Origin: an uncultured Burkholderiaceae bacterium
GTDB taxonomy: Bacteria; Pseudomonadota; Gammaproteobacteria; Burkholderiales; Burkholderiaceae_C
DNA: 38,414 nucleotides
NCBI GenBank assembly: GCA_964517545.1
Contig: CAZFET010000001.1
Span: 1 to 38,414 of the forward strand
Reading direction: 5' to 3'
Positions within the stretch are counted from its first letter, which is position 1; every line of letters starts with the position of its first letter. Of the stretch, positions 1 through 10,103 are shown piece by piece. The position numbers were made by a program, and so were the translations under genes. Under the pieces are notes generated by a model. It saw nothing but the letters and a program-made list of their open reading frames with translations. It was not told where the DNA came from and did no database searches.

Positions 1-514
1 AGTGCGGCGGCCGCGGCGGGTTCAGCAGGAACCGCGCGCTCGCCTTGGCCGCGTGGGCCACCAGCACGGCGCGCGACTCGATCACCTCGCTTTGCGGCGA
101 GGCCCACGCGCCGATGCGCGAGTCGAGCGGTCGCGACGCGAAGTAGGCGTCGGACTCCGCGTCGCTGGTCTTCTCGACGCGGCCCTCGATGCGCACCACG
201 CGCTCGAGCTCGACCCAGTGGAACTGCAGCGCGGCGAACGGATGGGTCGCCAGCTCGCGTCCCTTGCGGCTGTGGTAGTTCGTGTACCAGACGATGCCGC
301 GCTCGTCGAAGCCCTTGATGAGCACCACGCGCGTGGAGGGCCTCGCGTCGGCGCCGACGGTGGCCACCGTCATCGCGTTGGGTTCGGGCAGTTCGGCCTT
401 CAGCGCCTCGTCCATCCAGCGCGCGAACTGGCGCAGCGGGTCGGCATCGGCGTGGGTTTCGTCGAGCTCGGCGCGCTCGTAGCTCTTGCGCAGATCGGCG
501 AGTCGATGGTTCAT
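1..514 (-). CDS. pdxH: pyridoxamine 5'-phosphate oxidase; the 3' end runs off the window
   Basis: Not in the ORF track because it is open at the window edge. My minus-strand translation from ATG 514-512 reads [89 protein letters not shown]... This is the canonical PdxH N-terminus and FMN-binding core. Confidence 0.85.
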   Translation of the reverse strand, partial: MNHRLADLRKSYERAELDETHADADPLRQFARWMDEALKAELPEPNAMTVATVGADARPSTRVVLIKGFDERGIVWYTNYHSRKGRELATHPFAALQFHWVELERVVRIEGRVEKTSDAESDAYFASRPLDSRIGAWASPQSEVIESRAVLVAHAAKASARFLLNPPRPPH

Positions 515-690
515 GGAACGAGGATAAACCCTCGGCGTTGCGCGTTCGTCGCGCGGCGCGGCGGCTGCGGTGTGCCACGCGCTCCACAGTACTGCTTACG
601 TGGAACGCCTTAGGTGAAGCTCCCACTGTTTCGCGTCGTGGCGCGCGCCCATGCTCCGTGCAGGGGTCACACGAACAAGGGAGCAGGCCG

Positions 691-1314
691 ATGTCGTCGC
701 GGCCGGTGGTGGTGGTGCTGGCAGCGGGCCGCAGTTCGCGCTACGGCGCGGGGCGGCACAAGCTCGAGCAGCCGCTCGGCGGCACCACGGTGCTCGGCCA
801 CACGCTGCGCCACGTGCGGGCGAGCCATCTGCCGCTGGTCGTGGTGACGAGCGAGCCGCTCGCGCCGCTGGCGCGCGGCAGCGTGGCGGCACGTGATCTC
901 GTGGTGCTCGATCCGCAGGCCCCTTCCGGCATGGGCCACTCGATCGCCGCCGGCGTGGCCGCGCGCGCGCAGGCCGGGGGCTGGCTGGTGCTGCCGGGCG
1001 ACATGCCGCTGGTGCAGCCGCAGACGCTGCAGCAGGTGGCCGCGGCGCTCGCGCATCACCCGCTCGCGTTCGCGCAGTACCGCGGTCAGCGCGGTCACCC
1101 GGTGGGCTTCGGCACGGAGCTGTTCACCGAGCTCGTGATGCTCGATGGCGACGAAGGCGCGCGCCGGCTCGTGGCGCGCTATCCGGCGCACGCGGTGGAG
1201 GTCGACGATCCCGGCGTGCTGGTCGACGTGGACACGCCGGACGACCTGCGCAGCGTGACGGGCGGATCGCGCGCGGTGCCGACGCCGTTCGGCGCGGCGG
1301 GCAGCCCGAAATAG
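691..1314 (+). CDS. MobA/MocA-like nucleotidyltransferase (molybdenum-cofactor cytidylyl/guanylyltransferase family)
   Basis: ORF 538..1314 trimmed to ATG 691, with AAGGGA at 676-681 upstream. It has the VVVLAAGRSSRYG..K NTP-binding N-terminus and an LPGDMP motif. Confidence 0.75.
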   Translation: MSSRPVVVVLAAGRSSRYGAGRHKLEQPLGGTTVLGHTLRHVRASHLPLVVVTSEPLAPLARGSVAARDLVVLDPQAPSGMGHSIAAGVAARAQAGGWLVLPGDMPLVQPQTLQQVAAALAHHPLAFAQYRGQRGHPVGFGTELFTELVMLDGDEGARRLVARYPAHAVEVDDPGVLVDVDTPDDLRSVTGGSRAVPTPFGAAGSPK

Positions 1315-1332
1315 CGGCGGCGAGTCCGCCGC
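1314..1332. terminator. GC hairpin between the convergent stop codons of the MocA-like gene and chaC
   Basis: GCGGCGG (1314-1320), loop CGAGT, CCGCCGC (1326-1332). This is a 7-bp perfect stem lying exactly between TAG 1312-1314 and the chaC stop at 1334-1336. There is no U-tract. Confidence 0.3.
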
Positions 1333-1333
1333 C

Positions 1334-1972
1334 TCAGCGCGCCAGCGCGTGACGTCGCGCGAGCCGCACGAGCCGGTCGATCTCCTGGTCGCGGATGCCG
1401 TGGTCGGCCAGGCACTGCGCCGTGCACATCAGGTACTCGAGCGTGGTGCCGTAGCGTCCGCGCGCGTGGCGCAGGATCTCCAGCAGCTCCGCGTCGTCGA
1501 GGCGGCCGGTGTAGTTGGGGCTGCGGTGGCTCAAGGTGAACGCGAGCGCGTGCACGAGCCCGTGCTCGGTGCGGCAGGGCAGCCAGCGCGGGTCGTACAC
1601 GCCGGTGGGCATCTCGCGCGCCCACAGGCGCTCGAGCACCTCTGCCGCCTCGTGCTTCGCGATGCGGTACACCACGCCCCGGCAGCTGCCGCCGCGCATG
1701 AGCGCGAACACCAGGCCCGGCCGCTCGGGCGTGCCGCGGTTGACCCTCGAGCGCATGCGCAGCGCGCGGTGGTAGCCGTGCACGGTGGCGAGGCGGCGTT
1801 CGACCGCGTGAAAGTCGGGCCGCCAGATGAGCGAGGCATAGCCGAACAGCCACAGGTCCGCTTCGCCGCCCCACTGCGCCCGCGTGCGCTCGAGCAGCGG
1901 CGCCGGGTCGCGCAGTGGCAGGACCTCGGGAGCCGCGAAGGCGCCGGCGCTGACCCGTTCGTCGTCGGACAT
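1334..1972 (-). CDS. chaC: ChaC-family gamma-glutamylcyclotransferase
   Basis: 212-aa ORF with LFGYASLIWRP and GTPERPGLVFAL motifs characteristic of the ChaC family. Confidence 0.85.
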   Translation of the reverse strand: MSDDERVSAGAFAAPEVLPLRDPAPLLERTRAQWGGEADLWLFGYASLIWRPDFHAVERRLATVHGYHRALRMRSRVNRGTPERPGLVFALMRGGSCRGVVYRIAKHEAAEVLERLWAREMPTGVYDPRWLPCRTEHGLVHALAFTLSHRSPNYTGRLDDAELLEILRHARGRYGTTLEYLMCTAQCLADHGIRDQEIDRLVRLARRHALAR

Positions 1973-2021
1973 GCCGCCACTCTAGAAGATGCCGCACCCC
2001 GGCGCATGGGCATGAATTGAC

Positions 2022-2063
2022 GATGTAACCCGGTTACTCAAGAATCGAGGCCCTGGTTACATC
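2022..2063 (+). promoter_or_regulatory. candidate operator palindromes upstream of edd
   Basis: Near-palindrome TGTAAC-CCG-GTTACT at 2024-2038. A 9-bp inverted repeat GATGTAACC (2022-2030) / GGTTACATC (2055-2063) lies in the chaC/edd divergent intergenic region. Confidence 0.3.
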
Positions 2064-2099
2064 GCCGGCGGCCTGCGGTCCCCGGCCGGCAGTCCCCAC

Positions 2100-3917
2100 A
2101 TGAAACCCGCCATCCTCGCCGTCACCGACCGCATCCGCGCGCGCAGCGCGTCGACGCGGCGCGCCTACCTCGAGCGCGTCGAGCGCCTGATCGAGCGCCC
2201 GCGTCGCAGCGATGCGCTCGGGTGCTCCAACGTCGCGCACGCGTTCGCCGCGCTGCCCGCGAGCGACAAGCTGCGCATCGTGGCCGAACGCGCACCGCAC
2301 CTCGGCATCGTGACCGCCTACAACGACATGCTGTCGGCGCACCAGCCCTACGAGGACTATCCGAAGCTCATCCGCGACGAGGCGCATCGGCGCGGCGCGA
2401 CGGCCCAGGTGGCCGGCGGCGTGCCGGCGATGTGCGACGGCGTGACGCAGGGTCTGCCCGGCATGGAGCTGAGCCTGTTCTCGCGCGACACGATCGCGAT
2501 GGGCACCGCGATCGCGCTCACGCACGACGTGTTCGACGGCGCGCTGCTGCTCGGCGTGTGCGACAAGATCGTGCCGGGCCTGCTGATCGGCGCGCTGCAC
2601 TTCGGGCATCTGCCTTGCGTGTTCGTGCCGGCCGGGCCGATGTCCACGGGCATCTCCAACAGCGAGAAGGCGCGCGTGCGCGAGCAGTACGCGCAAGGGC
2701 AGGTCGGCCGCGCCGAGCTGCTGGCCGCCGAGAGCGCGGCCTACCACGGCCCCGGCACCTGCACCTTCTACGGCACCGCCAACAGCAACCAGATGCTGCT
2801 CGAGGCGATGGGGCTGCACGTGCCCGGCACGGCCTTCGTGCATCCGCACGCCGGGCTGCGCGAGGCGCTCACGCGCGAGGCGGTGCGCACCGCGCTCGGC
2901 ATCGTGCGCGGCGGCGAGCGCTTCACGCCGATCGGCCGGCTGGTCGACGAGCGCAGCATCGTCAACGCGATGGTGGCGCTGCTGGCCACCGGCGGCTCGA
3001 CCAACCATCTCATCCACTGGGTGGCGGTCGCGCGCGCGGCCGGCATCGTGATCGACTGGACCGACTTCGCCGAGCTGTCGGCCGCGGTGCCGCTGCTGGC
3101 GCGCGTGTACCCGAACGGCAGCGCCGACGTGAACCAGTTCCAGGCCGCGGGCGGACCAGGCTTCGTGCTGCGCGAACTGCTCGCCGCGGGCTGCCTGCAC
3201 CCCGATGCCGCAACCGTGGCCGCGGGCGGCCTGGCGGCCTACACGCAGGTGCCGGTGCTGCGCGACGGCACGCTCGCATGGCAGCGCCTGCCTGCCGACA
3301 GCGGCGACGCGGGCATCGTGCGCCGTGCCGACGAACCCTTCTCCGCGACCGGCGGGCTGACGCTTCTCTGCGGCAACCTCGGCCGCGCCGTCATCAAGGT
3401 CTCCGCCGTGCCGGAAGACCGCCACGTGATCGAGGCGCCGGCGCTGGTGTTCGACAGCCAGGAGGCGCTGCAACAGGCGTTCAAGGCCGGCGCGCTGCAG
3501 CGCGACTTCGTCGCGGTCGTGCGCTTCCAGGGACCTCGCGCCAACGGCATGCCGGAGCTGCACAAGCTCACGCCGCCGCTGGCCGTGCTGCAGGGGCAGG
3601 GGCATCGCGTCGCGCTCGTGACCGACGGGCGCATGAGCGGCGCGTCGGGCAAGGTGCCCGCGGCCATCCACGTGAGCCCCGAGGCGCTGAGCGGCGGGCC
3701 TCTGGCGAAGGTGCGCGACGGCGACGTGATCCGCCTCGACGCCGTGGCCGGCACGCTCGACGTGCGGGTCGATGCGGCCGAGTGGGCGGCGCGCGTGCCG
3801 GCGACGATCACCGACGCGCAGGCCGACGATCACGCGCATGGCCTCGGCCGCGAACTCTTCGCCGGCCTGCGGCGCAACGTCACCACCGCCGAGGAGGGCG
3901 CGTGCACATGGCTGTGA
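2100..3917 (+). CDS. edd: phosphogluconate dehydratase (Entner-Doudoroff pathway)
   Basis: 605-aa ORF of the IlvD/Edd dehydratase family ([16 protein letters not shown]..., [22 protein letters not shown]). It sits immediately upstream of eda and overlaps it. Confidence 0.95.
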   Translation: MKPAILAVTDRIRARSASTRRAYLERVERLIERPRRSDALGCSNVAHAFAALPASDKLRIVAERAPHLGIVTAYNDMLSAHQPYEDYPKLIRDEAHRRGATAQVAGGVPAMCDGVTQGLPGMELSLFSRDTIAMGTAIALTHDVFDGALLLGVCDKIVPGLLIGALHFGHLPCVFVPAGPMSTGISNSEKARVREQYAQGQVGRAELLAAESAAYHGPGTCTFYGTANSNQMLLEAMGLHVPGTAFVHPHAGLREALTREAVRTALGIVRGGERFTPIGRLVDERSIVNAMVALLATGGSTNHLIHWVAVARAAGIVIDWTDFAELSAAVPLLARVYPNGSADVNQFQAAGGPGFVLRELLAAGCLHPDAATVAAGGLAAYTQVPVLRDGTLAWQRLPADSGDAGIVRRADEPFSATGGLTLLCGNLGRAVIKVSAVPEDRHVIEAPALVFDSQEALQQAFKAGALQRDFVAVVRFQGPRANGMPELHKLTPPLAVLQGQGHRVALVTDGRMSGASGKVPAAIHVSPEALSGGPLAKVRDGDVIRLDAVAGTLDVRVDAAEWAARVPATITDAQADDHAHGLGRELFAGLRRNVTTAEEGACTWL

Positions 3918-4564
3918 GTCCCGCTGCGTCCAGGCCGCCGCTCGACACGCTCGAACTCGCGTCGCTCGGGCCGGTGATTCCGGTGATCGTGCTGCAGCGC
4001 GTGGAGCACGCGGTGCCGCTGGCCGAGGCGCTGGTGGCCGGCGGCGTGCGCGTGCTCGAGGTGACCTTGCGCACGCCGGCGGCGCTGGCGTGCATCGAGG
4101 CCATCGCGGCGAAGGTGCCCGACGCCGTGGTCGGTGCAGGCACCTTGCGCTCGGCGGCCGATGCCGCGGCCGCGAAGCGCGCGGGCAGCGCGTTCGGCGT
4201 GAGTCCCGGCTACACCGACGACGTCGCGCGCGCCTGTCGCGATACAGGCCTGCCGCTGCTGCCCGGCGTGGCGACGGCCAGCGAGGTGATGGCCGCGCAG
4301 TCGGCGGGCTTCTCGTTCCTGAAGTTCTTCCCGGCCACCGCCGCCGGCGGCGTGCCGATGCTCAAGGCGCTGGCCGGCCCGTTTCCCGACGTCGCGTTCT
4401 GTCCGACGGGCGGCATCACGCCGCAGACGGCGCCGCAGTTCCTCGCGCTGCCGAACGTGAAGGTGTGCGGCGGGTCGTGGCTCACCCCGCCCGATGCCGT
4501 CGAGTCGGGCGACTGGGCGCGCGTCACGCGGCTGGCGCGCGAGGCCGCGGCGTTGCGCGCCTGA
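3908..4564 (+). CDS. eda: 2-keto-3-deoxy-6-phosphogluconate (KDPG/KHG) aldolase
   Basis: Frame of track ORF 2222..4564 trimmed to ATG 3908, which overlaps the edd stop by 10 nt. Motifs: [18 protein letters not shown] and LKFFPA (Schiff-base Lys). Confidence 0.9.
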   Translation: MAVSPAASRPPLDTLELASLGPVIPVIVLQRVEHAVPLAEALVAGGVRVLEVTLRTPAALACIEAIAAKVPDAVVGAGTLRSAADAAAAKRAGSAFGVSPGYTDDVARACRDTGLPLLPGVATASEVMAAQSAGFSFLKFFPATAAGGVPMLKALAGPFPDVAFCPTGGITPQTAPQFLALPNVKVCGGSWLTPPDAVESGDWARVTRLAREAAALRA

Positions 4565-4621
4565 CGCGCGAGACCATGACGTTGCGTCCCTGACGCGCGT
4601 GGCCAACGCGCCGTCGGTGCG

Positions 4622-5257
4622 TCAGCCGCCGCGAACCAGCGCGGCCATCGCCGGCTGGCCGTCGGCAAGCAGGCCCTCGGCCGTGCCTTCGCGGTCGGCT
4701 GCGCTGCGGTTCTGGCTGACCTTCCACTTCGCCACGACGCGCGTCACCTCGATCTCGAGTCCGACGATCGCGCGCAGCATCTGGTCGACGTAGTCCGCCG
4801 GCGCGTCGCTCACGTGCCAGCGCGCGGCGCGGTGCGACTCGTTCGCGTCGGTCAGGCGCGTCACGAAGGCGCGCAGCCACGCGGGGTCATCGACCGCGCG
4901 CAGCCGGCCGTGCATCTGCACGACCGCGTAGTTCCACGTCGGGACTGCCTTGCCGTGTTCGTGCTTGCTCGGGTACCAGCCGGGCGACACGTAGGCCTGC
5001 GGGCCCTGGAAGATCGCGAGCACGTCGCGCTCGTGCGCGTCGCGCCACAGCGGGTTGGCGCGCGCCACGTGTCCGCGCAAGGTGCCGCGCAGGGCGCCGG
5101 CGGTGCCGCTGCCGTCGGCCACATCGAACAGCAGCGGGATCGGCTCGGCGTCGAGGCCGGCGTCGCCGTGGCGGACGATCATCGCCAGCGGCTGCTCGCG
5201 CACGAGCGCGGCGATCGCGCCCGGCTCGTGCTGCTCGAAATGCTTGGGCAGGTACAT
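4622..5257 (-). CDS. PaiB-family FMN-binding negative transcriptional regulator
   Basis: 211-aa ORF with an MYLPKHF N-terminus and VSQNR near the C-terminus, typical of the PaiB family. Confidence 0.85.
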   Translation of the reverse strand: MYLPKHFEQHEPGAIAALVREQPLAMIVRHGDAGLDAEPIPLLFDVADGSGTAGALRGTLRGHVARANPLWRDAHERDVLAIFQGPQAYVSPGWYPSKHEHGKAVPTWNYAVVQMHGRLRAVDDPAWLRAFVTRLTDANESHRAARWHVSDAPADYVDQMLRAIVGLEIEVTRVVAKWKVSQNRSAADREGTAEGLLADGQPAMAALVRGG

Positions 5258-5270
5258 CGCGTGGCAGGGA

Positions 5271-5672
5271 TCAGGCGTCGCGACGTTCGATCAGTTCGAT
5301 CTTGTAGCCGTCGGGGTCGGTGATGAAGGCGATGACGGTCGAGCCGCCCTTGACCGGGCCGGGCTCGCGCGTGATCGCGCCACCGAGCGCCGCGGCCTTC
5401 TCGCGCACCGCGGCACAGGTGGCCGCCACGTCGGGCACGCCGATGGCGATGTGGCCGTAGGCGGTGCCGAGCTCGTAGCGTTCGACGCCGTAGTTGTAGG
5501 TCAGCTCGATCTCGGCGTGCTCGGGGTTGCGGCCGTAGCCGAGGAACGCGAGGTCGTACTTCTGCTCGGGCCGCTCGGTCGTGCGCAGCAGCTGCATGCC
5601 GAGCACCTGCGTGTAGAAGTCGATCGAGCGCCGGAGGTTGCCGACGCGCAGCATGGTGTGCAGGAGTCTCAT
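5271..5672 (-). CDS. gloA: lactoylglutathione lyase (glyoxalase I)
   Basis: C-terminal 133 codons of track ORF 5271..7451, from ATG 5672. Reads [26 protein letters not shown]...YGHIAIGV...GYKIELIE, the canonical GloA sequence. Confidence 0.92.
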   Translation of the reverse strand: MRLLHTMLRVGNLRRSIDFYTQVLGMQLLRTTERPEQKYDLAFLGYGRNPEHAEIELTYNYGVERYELGTAYGHIAIGVPDVAATCAAVREKAAALGGAITREPGPVKGGSTVIAFITDPDGYKIELIERRDA

Positions 5673-6217
5673 CGTGGGGCGGGGAAGTCGAACACGAGGC
5701 AGGTGGTGCTCGCGTGAGCGTACAGCTTTCCGTCCGGCCCCGTCAGCCGGCCTTCGGCGGTGGCCACCTGGTTGCCGGCGTGCACCACCGTGCCCTCGGC
5801 GCGCACCAGCGGCACCTTGTCGGTCAGCGCGCGCACGATGTTGATCTTCAGCTCCAGCGTGGTGTAGCCCTTGCCGGCCGGCAACGACGAGTGCACGGCG
5901 CAGCCCACCGCCGAGTCGAGCAAGGTGGCGAACCAGCCGCCGTGCACGGTGCCCAGCGGGTTGTAGTGGCGCGCGCTGGGCCGGCCCTGGAAGACGGCAC
6001 GACCGGGTTCGACGTGCACCGGCAGGAAGTCGAGCGTCTGCCCGATCGGCGGACGCGGCAGCGCGCCGCTGAAGATGCCGTCGAACACGGCCATGCCCGG
6101 CTTGCCGGCGAGATGCTCGCGCGGCACCGAGCCGACCTCCTGCGACAGGCGCTCGCGCACGGCGCGTTCCTCGGCTTCCCAGCGGGCCAGTACGGCGGAG
6201 ACTTCCACGGTGTTCAC
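5669..6217 (-). CDS. PaaI-family hotdog-fold thioesterase
   Basis: 182-aa ORF with the GTVHGG hotdog motif. Its stop overlaps the gloA start by 4 nt (ATGA). Confidence 0.8.
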   Translation of the reverse strand: MNTVEVSAVLARWEAEERAVRERLSQEVGSVPREHLAGKPGMAVFDGIFSGALPRPPIGQTLDFLPVHVEPGRAVFQGRPSARHYNPLGTVHGGWFATLLDSAVGCAVHSSLPAGKGYTTLELKINIVRALTDKVPLVRAEGTVVHAGNQVATAEGRLTGPDGKLYAHASTTCLVFDFPAPR

Positions 6218-6245
6218 TCCTCGATGCGGCAGGTCCGGTCAAGTA

Positions 6246-6313
6246 CTTGCGTATGCAGAGCTTGCGTGTGCAGAGCTTGCATATGCAAATGATGCAGCTA
6301 CAATAATCTGCAT
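6246..6313. promoter_or_regulatory. operator/promoter array in the PaaI-marR divergent region
   Basis: Three tandem 15-bp units, CTTGCGTATGCAGAG / CTTGCGTGTGCAGAG / CTTGCATATGCAAAT, span 6246-6290. A perfect palindrome TTGCATATGCAA lies at 6277-6288. An inverted repeat ATGCAG (6292-6297) / CTGCAT (6308-6313) lies over the marR ATG. Promoter-like hexamers are TTGCAT (6277-6282), 16 nt, TACAAT (6299-6304). Confidence 0.5.
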
Positions 6314-6779
6314 GCCCGACGCCGTCAAGCCGATCGGCTGCACCAACCTCAAGCTGCGCCAGCTCAGCCGCCGCGTGGCGCGCGTGTTCGAGGCCGACGT
6401 GCGCGAGCTGGGCCTGAAGAACACGCAGTACTCGCTGCTGTCGCACGTGGTGAAGCTCGGGCCGATCCAGCCGTCGGTGCTGGCCGCCGAGATGCGGCTC
6501 GACCCTTCGACCCTCACGCGCAACCTGCAGCCGCTGCTCGCGCAGGGCTGGGTCGAGGTGCAGCCCGGGCCCGACGCGCGCAGCCATCGGGTCGCGGCCA
6601 CCGAGTCCGGCCGCGCCTTGCGCGCCGAGGCGCAGCGCGCCTGGAAGCGCTCGCAATTGCGCGTGAACGAGTTGCTCGGCGTGCAACGCGTGGCCGCGCT
6701 GCACGCGCTGATCGACGAATGCCTCGAGCGCCTCGATGCCGCCGACGCGCCCGACCATGCGGGGACCGCCGATGAGTGA
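6312..6779 (+). CDS. MarR-family transcriptional regulator
   Basis: Frame of ORF 6075..6779 trimmed to ATG 6312. Winged-HTH core: [45 protein letters not shown]. There is no SD, and the -10-like TACAAT ends 7 nt upstream of the ATG. Confidence 0.85.
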   Translation: MPDAVKPIGCTNLKLRQLSRRVARVFEADVRELGLKNTQYSLLSHVVKLGPIQPSVLAAEMRLDPSTLTRNLQPLLAQGWVEVQPGPDARSHRVAATESGRALRAEAQRAWKRSQLRVNELLGVQRVAALHALIDECLERLDAADAPDHAGTADE

Positions 6780-8034
6780 CGCTTCGCGGGCGTCGGCACC
6801 GGCGGCATCGGCGACACCGTCGGCGGCATGGCCCGTGGTGCTCGTGCTGCTCGCCGCCGGCGGCACCTTCGCGCTCACGATGGGGGCACGCCAGTCGATG
6901 GGCCTGTTCGTCGGCACCTTGAACACGTCCACCGGCCTCGGGCTGGCCAGCGTGAGCCTCGCGTTCGCCTTCGGCCAGCTGTGGTGGGGCCTGACCCAGC
7001 CCTTCGCCGGCATGGTCGCCGACCGCGTCGGCGCCGGCCGCGTGCTGGTCGCCGGCGTGGTGCTCGTGGCGGTCGGCACCGCGCTCACGCCCTTCATGAC
7101 CACCACCGCCGGCCTCGTGTTCGCCATCGGCGTGCTCGCCGCGGGCGGCGCAGGCATGGCCGGCCCGTCGGTGCTGATGGCCGCGACCACGCGGCTGGTG
7201 CCGCCCGACAAGCGCGGCATGGCCAGCGGTGTCGTGAACGCAGGCGGCTCGTTCGGCCAGTTCGTCTTCGCGCCGATCGCGCAGGGCCTCACCGCCGCGG
7301 CCGGCTGGGTGGCGGCGCTGCAGAGCCTGGCCGTTCTCACCTTGCTGGCCTTGCCGGCGGCGTGGGTGCTGCGCGGCAGGTCGGTGGCGTCTGCCGGAGC
7401 CTCTGCGGCCGCCCCTCGACTCGGCACGCGCGCGGCCATCGCGCAGGCCATGGCCGATCCGAGCTATCGGCTGCTGTGTGCGGGCTTCTTCGTGTGCGGC
7501 TTCCACGTCGCCTTCATCGCGACGCACCTGCCGGGCGTGGTGGCCGCCTGCCAGCTGCCGCCGGAGGTGGGCGCGTGGTCGCTGGCGGTGATCGGCCTGT
7601 TCAACATCCTCGGCAGCCTGACGATGGGCTGGGCCATCGGGTTCCGCGGCGGGCGCTGGCGCATGAAGTCGCTGCTGTCGCTGGTGTACGCGGCGCGCGC
7701 GCTGGCGGTGCTCGCGTTCCTGTGGGCCCCGAAGACGCCGACGACGATGCTCGTGTTCGCCGCCGTGATCGGCTTCACCTACCTGTCGACGGTGCCGCCC
7801 ACCGCGGGGCTCGTCGCCCGCTTCTTCGGTCCGTCGAACATGGCCACCTTGTTCGGCATCGTGATGCTCGCGCACCAGGTGGGCGGCTTCCTCGGTGCGT
7901 ACCTCGGCGGCAAGGCCTTCGAGCTGACCGGCAGCTACGACTGGATGTGGTACGCCGACATCGTGCTGGCCGTCGGTGCCGCGCTGGTGCACCTGCCGAT
8001 CCGCGAGCCGCGGCCGGCGCTGCAGGCCGCCTGA
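6772..8034 (+). CDS. MFS transporter
   Basis: ORF 6736..8034 has roughly 12 hydrophobic segments and an MFS-like loop ([12 protein letters not shown]). The start is uncertain among 6736, 6757 and 6772. I prefer ATG 6772, which overlaps the marR stop. Confidence 0.85.
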   Translation: MSDASRASAPAASATPSAAWPVVLVLLAAGGTFALTMGARQSMGLFVGTLNTSTGLGLASVSLAFAFGQLWWGLTQPFAGMVADRVGAGRVLVAGVVLVAVGTALTPFMTTTAGLVFAIGVLAAGGAGMAGPSVLMAATTRLVPPDKRGMASGVVNAGGSFGQFVFAPIAQGLTAAAGWVAALQSLAVLTLLALPAAWVLRGRSVASAGASAAAPRLGTRAAIAQAMADPSYRLLCAGFFVCGFHVAFIATHLPGVVAACQLPPEVGAWSLAVIGLFNILGSLTMGWAIGFRGGRWRMKSLLSLVYAARALAVLAFLWAPKTPTTMLVFAAVIGFTYLSTVPPTAGLVARFFGPSNMATLFGIVMLAHQVGGFLGAYLGGKAFELTGSYDWMWYADIVLAVGAALVHLPIREPRPALQAA

Positions 8035-8053
8035 GCGCGCCGGGCCGCGGCCG

Positions 8054-8620
8054 CTACGGGCCCACGGCCGCGAGCACCAACACCCCGGGCGCGGCGAACA
8101 CGAGCGCCGCGACGCGGTGCACCCACGTCACCGGCACGCGCTTCATCGCGCGATCGCCGAGCAGCACCACCGGCACGTTCGCGACCATCATGCCGAGGGT
8201 CGTGCCCGCGGTCACCGCCACCAGCGCGTCGAACTTCGCGGCGAGCATCACCGTGGCGATCTGCGTCTTGTCGCCCATCTCGGCCAGGAAGAAGGCCAAG
8301 GTGGTGAGGCCGAACACGCCCAGCCCGCTGCGGCGGTGCCCCTCGACCTTGCCGGCCTGGTCGGGCACCAGCATCCACGCGGCCACCGCGAGGAACGAGG
8401 CGCCGAGGATCCAGCGCAGCCACTGCGGATCGATCACGCGCGCCAGCCACGCACCGAGGCCGGCCGCCACCGCGTGGTTCGCCAGGGTGGCGACGAGGAC
8501 GCCGAGGATGATCGGCCGCGGCCGGCGAAAGCGCGCGGCCAGCAGCAGCGCGAGCAGCTGGGTCTTGTCGCCGACTTCGCCCAGCGCGACGACGCCGGTC
8601 GAGACGAGGAAGGCCTCCAA
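8054..8620 (-). CDS. UPF0016/GDT1 (TMEM165)-family cation (Mn2+/Ca2+) transporter
   Basis: Two E-x-G-D-K-T repeats, LGEVGDKTQLLALLLAARF and LAEMGDKTQIATVMLAAKF. No ATG precedes the first repeat. The proposed TTG start at 8620 lies 5 nt after the upstream gene's stop. Confidence 0.75.
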   Translation of the reverse strand: MEAFLVSTGVVALGEVGDKTQLLALLLAARFRRPRPIILGVLVATLANHAVAAGLGAWLARVIDPQWLRWILGASFLAVAAWMLVPDQAGKVEGHRRSGLGVFGLTTLAFFLAEMGDKTQIATVMLAAKFDALVAVTAGTTLGMMVANVPVVLLGDRAMKRVPVTWVHRVAALVFAAPGVLVLAAVGP

Positions 8621-8624
8621 CGCG

Positions 8625-9266
8625 CTAGTCGCCAGACGGCCCGACGACCGACTCGACGCGGCGCACCAGCTCGTCCGGCGGCGTCCAGCCGGGCGAGACC
8701 ACCTCGCCGCGGCCGTCGCGCACCGCGGCCAGCATCGGGAAGCCGCGCACGCCGAGTCGTTGCGCGAACAGGAAGTCCGCGGCCGCGGCGTCGCGCATCG
8801 CGGGCGATGCGAACGACGACTCGAACGCCGCGCGGTCGAGGCCGACCGACGCGGCCACGTCGGCGAGCACGCCGGCGTCGGTGGTGTCGCGCGCCTCGGC
8901 GTAGAACGCGCGCTGCACGGCGTGCAGCATCGGCAGCGCCTTGGACGCATCGGCGGCGCGCGCGGTCACCACCGCGCGGCACGCGGGCTCGGTGGTGTAG
9001 GTCCAGCCCTCGCGCTCGAGGCCGCGCAGGTCGAACGCCTGCCCGCTGCGCGCGGCCACCTCCTGCCAGTGGTGCGCGAGGAACTCGCGCAGCCGCGCGT
9101 CGAGCGGCTCGCCGTCGACGCGCAGCCCGCCCATCACCAGCCGCAGCGGCAGATCGGGCCGCGCACGGCGCAGCGCGTCGAGGCTGGCCGAGAAACCCCA
9201 GCACCACGAGCACATCGGGTCGGCCACGTACAGCAGCGACCAGCCGGCGGCGGGCGCGTCGCTCAC
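8625..9266 (-). CDS. DsbA-family thiol:disulfide oxidoreductase-like protein
   Basis: C-terminal part of track ORF 8625..9974. CSWC thioredoxin-fold motif in LLYVADPMCSWCWGF. The proposed GTG start at 9266 overlaps the SDR stop (GTGA). Confidence 0.8.
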   Translation of the reverse strand: MSDAPAAGWSLLYVADPMCSWCWGFSASLDALRRARPDLPLRLVMGGLRVDGEPLDARLREFLAHHWQEVAARSGQAFDLRGLEREGWTYTTEPACRAVVTARAADASKALPMLHAVQRAFYAEARDTTDAGVLADVAASVGLDRAAFESSFASPAMRDAAAADFLFAQRLGVRGFPMLAAVRDGRGEVVSPGWTPPDELVRRVESVVGPSGD

Positions 9267-10048
9267 GATGCGCGCTCCGGCATCGTGTAGTTCAGCGCGC
9301 GCCGGCCACCGTCGACGTAGACGATCTCGCCGGTCATGTAGCTCGACGCGTCGCTGAGCAGGAACGCCACCACGTCGGCCACCTCGGCCGGCTCGCCGAG
9401 CCGGCGCAGCGGCGTGCGGCCGAGGATGCGCTGCCGCGCCTCGTCGCTGGTGAGCACCGCGGCCTTCGCGAGCTCGGTGGCGATGGTGCCGGGCGCCACC
9501 GCGTTGACGCGGATGCCGCGATCGGCCAGCGCCAGCGCCATCGCGCGCGTGAGCTGGTCGATGCCGCCCTTGCTGGCGTTGTAGCTCGCGATGCTCGGGA
9601 TCGCCATCGCGCCGTTGACCGAACTCATGTGGACGATCGCGCCGCCGCCGGCCGCGGCCATCGCGCGCGCGACCGCCTGGCCGACGAGGAACGAGCCCTT
9701 CAGGTTCACCGCGATCACCGCGTCCCAGTCGGCCTCGGTCACCTCGAGGAAGTCCGCGGCCTTGAAGATGCCGGCGTTGCTGACCAGCCCGTCGACACGG
9801 CCGAACGCATCGAGCGTGGCCTGCAGCGCCGCGTCGACCTCGGCCTTGCGCGACACGTCGCAGCGGACGTAGTGCGCCTGCGCTCCGAGCGACTGCGCCA
9901 GCGCGCGACCGTGCGCGTCGTCGACGTCCCACAGCGCGACGCGCGCGCCGTCGTCGACCAGGCGGCGCGCGCACGCCGCGCCGATGCCCTGCGCCGCGCC
10001 GGTGACCACCACCGTGCGGCCTTCGAGATGGAAGCGGACCTTGCCCAT
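9263..10048 (-). CDS. SDR-family oxidoreductase
   Basis: 261-aa ORF with TGAAQGIG (NAD(P) binding), NAG and the catalytic YNASK. Confidence 0.9.
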   Translation of the reverse strand: MGKVRFHLEGRTVVVTGAAQGIGAACARRLVDDGARVALWDVDDAHGRALAQSLGAQAHYVRCDVSRKAEVDAALQATLDAFGRVDGLVSNAGIFKAADFLEVTEADWDAVIAVNLKGSFLVGQAVARAMAAAGGGAIVHMSSVNGAMAIPSIASYNASKGGIDQLTRAMALALADRGIRVNAVAPGTIATELAKAAVLTSDEARQRILGRTPLRRLGEPAEVADVVAFLLSDASSYMTGEIVYVDGGRRALNYTMPERAS

Positions 10049-10103
10049 GCGGATCTCCGTGCCCCGGTGGCGCGACGCCGTGTGTGGTCGGACGACGACG
10101 CGG

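Noticed and set aside
583-604. The palindromic stretch TCCACAGTACTGCTTACGTGGA, containing CAGTACTG, in the pdxH/MocA-like divergent region.
   Set aside because: The arms are short (5 bp) and I can name no known cognate regulator. It could easily arise by chance, so it is too weak to report as a site.
2034-3839. Very long ORFs antisense or out of frame to real genes. Examples: 2034..3839(-), 2222..4564(+) 5' part, 5271..7451(-) upstream part, 6514..7992(-), 6828..9290(+), 7976..10150(+), 11645..13561(-), 13640..15280(-), 19875..21422(-), 21994..23976(-), 22461..24593(+) 5' part, 30446..32521(+), 31056..32603(-), 36262..37938(+).
   Set aside because: Their translations are low-complexity and rich in Arg, Ala, Pro and Gly, with no domain logic. 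Each one overlaps a gene with clear family motifs on another frame or strand. Stop-codon scarcity in very GC-rich DNA produces such shadow ORFs.
4551-4599. A 20-bp imperfect direct repeat, CGTTGCGCGCCTGACGCGCG / CGTTGCGTCCCTGACGCGCG, spanning the eda stop codon.
   Set aside because: It matches at 18 of 20 positions, sits in a short convergent intergenic spacer and has no associated structure or ORF consequence. It is probably a small local duplication with no discernible function.
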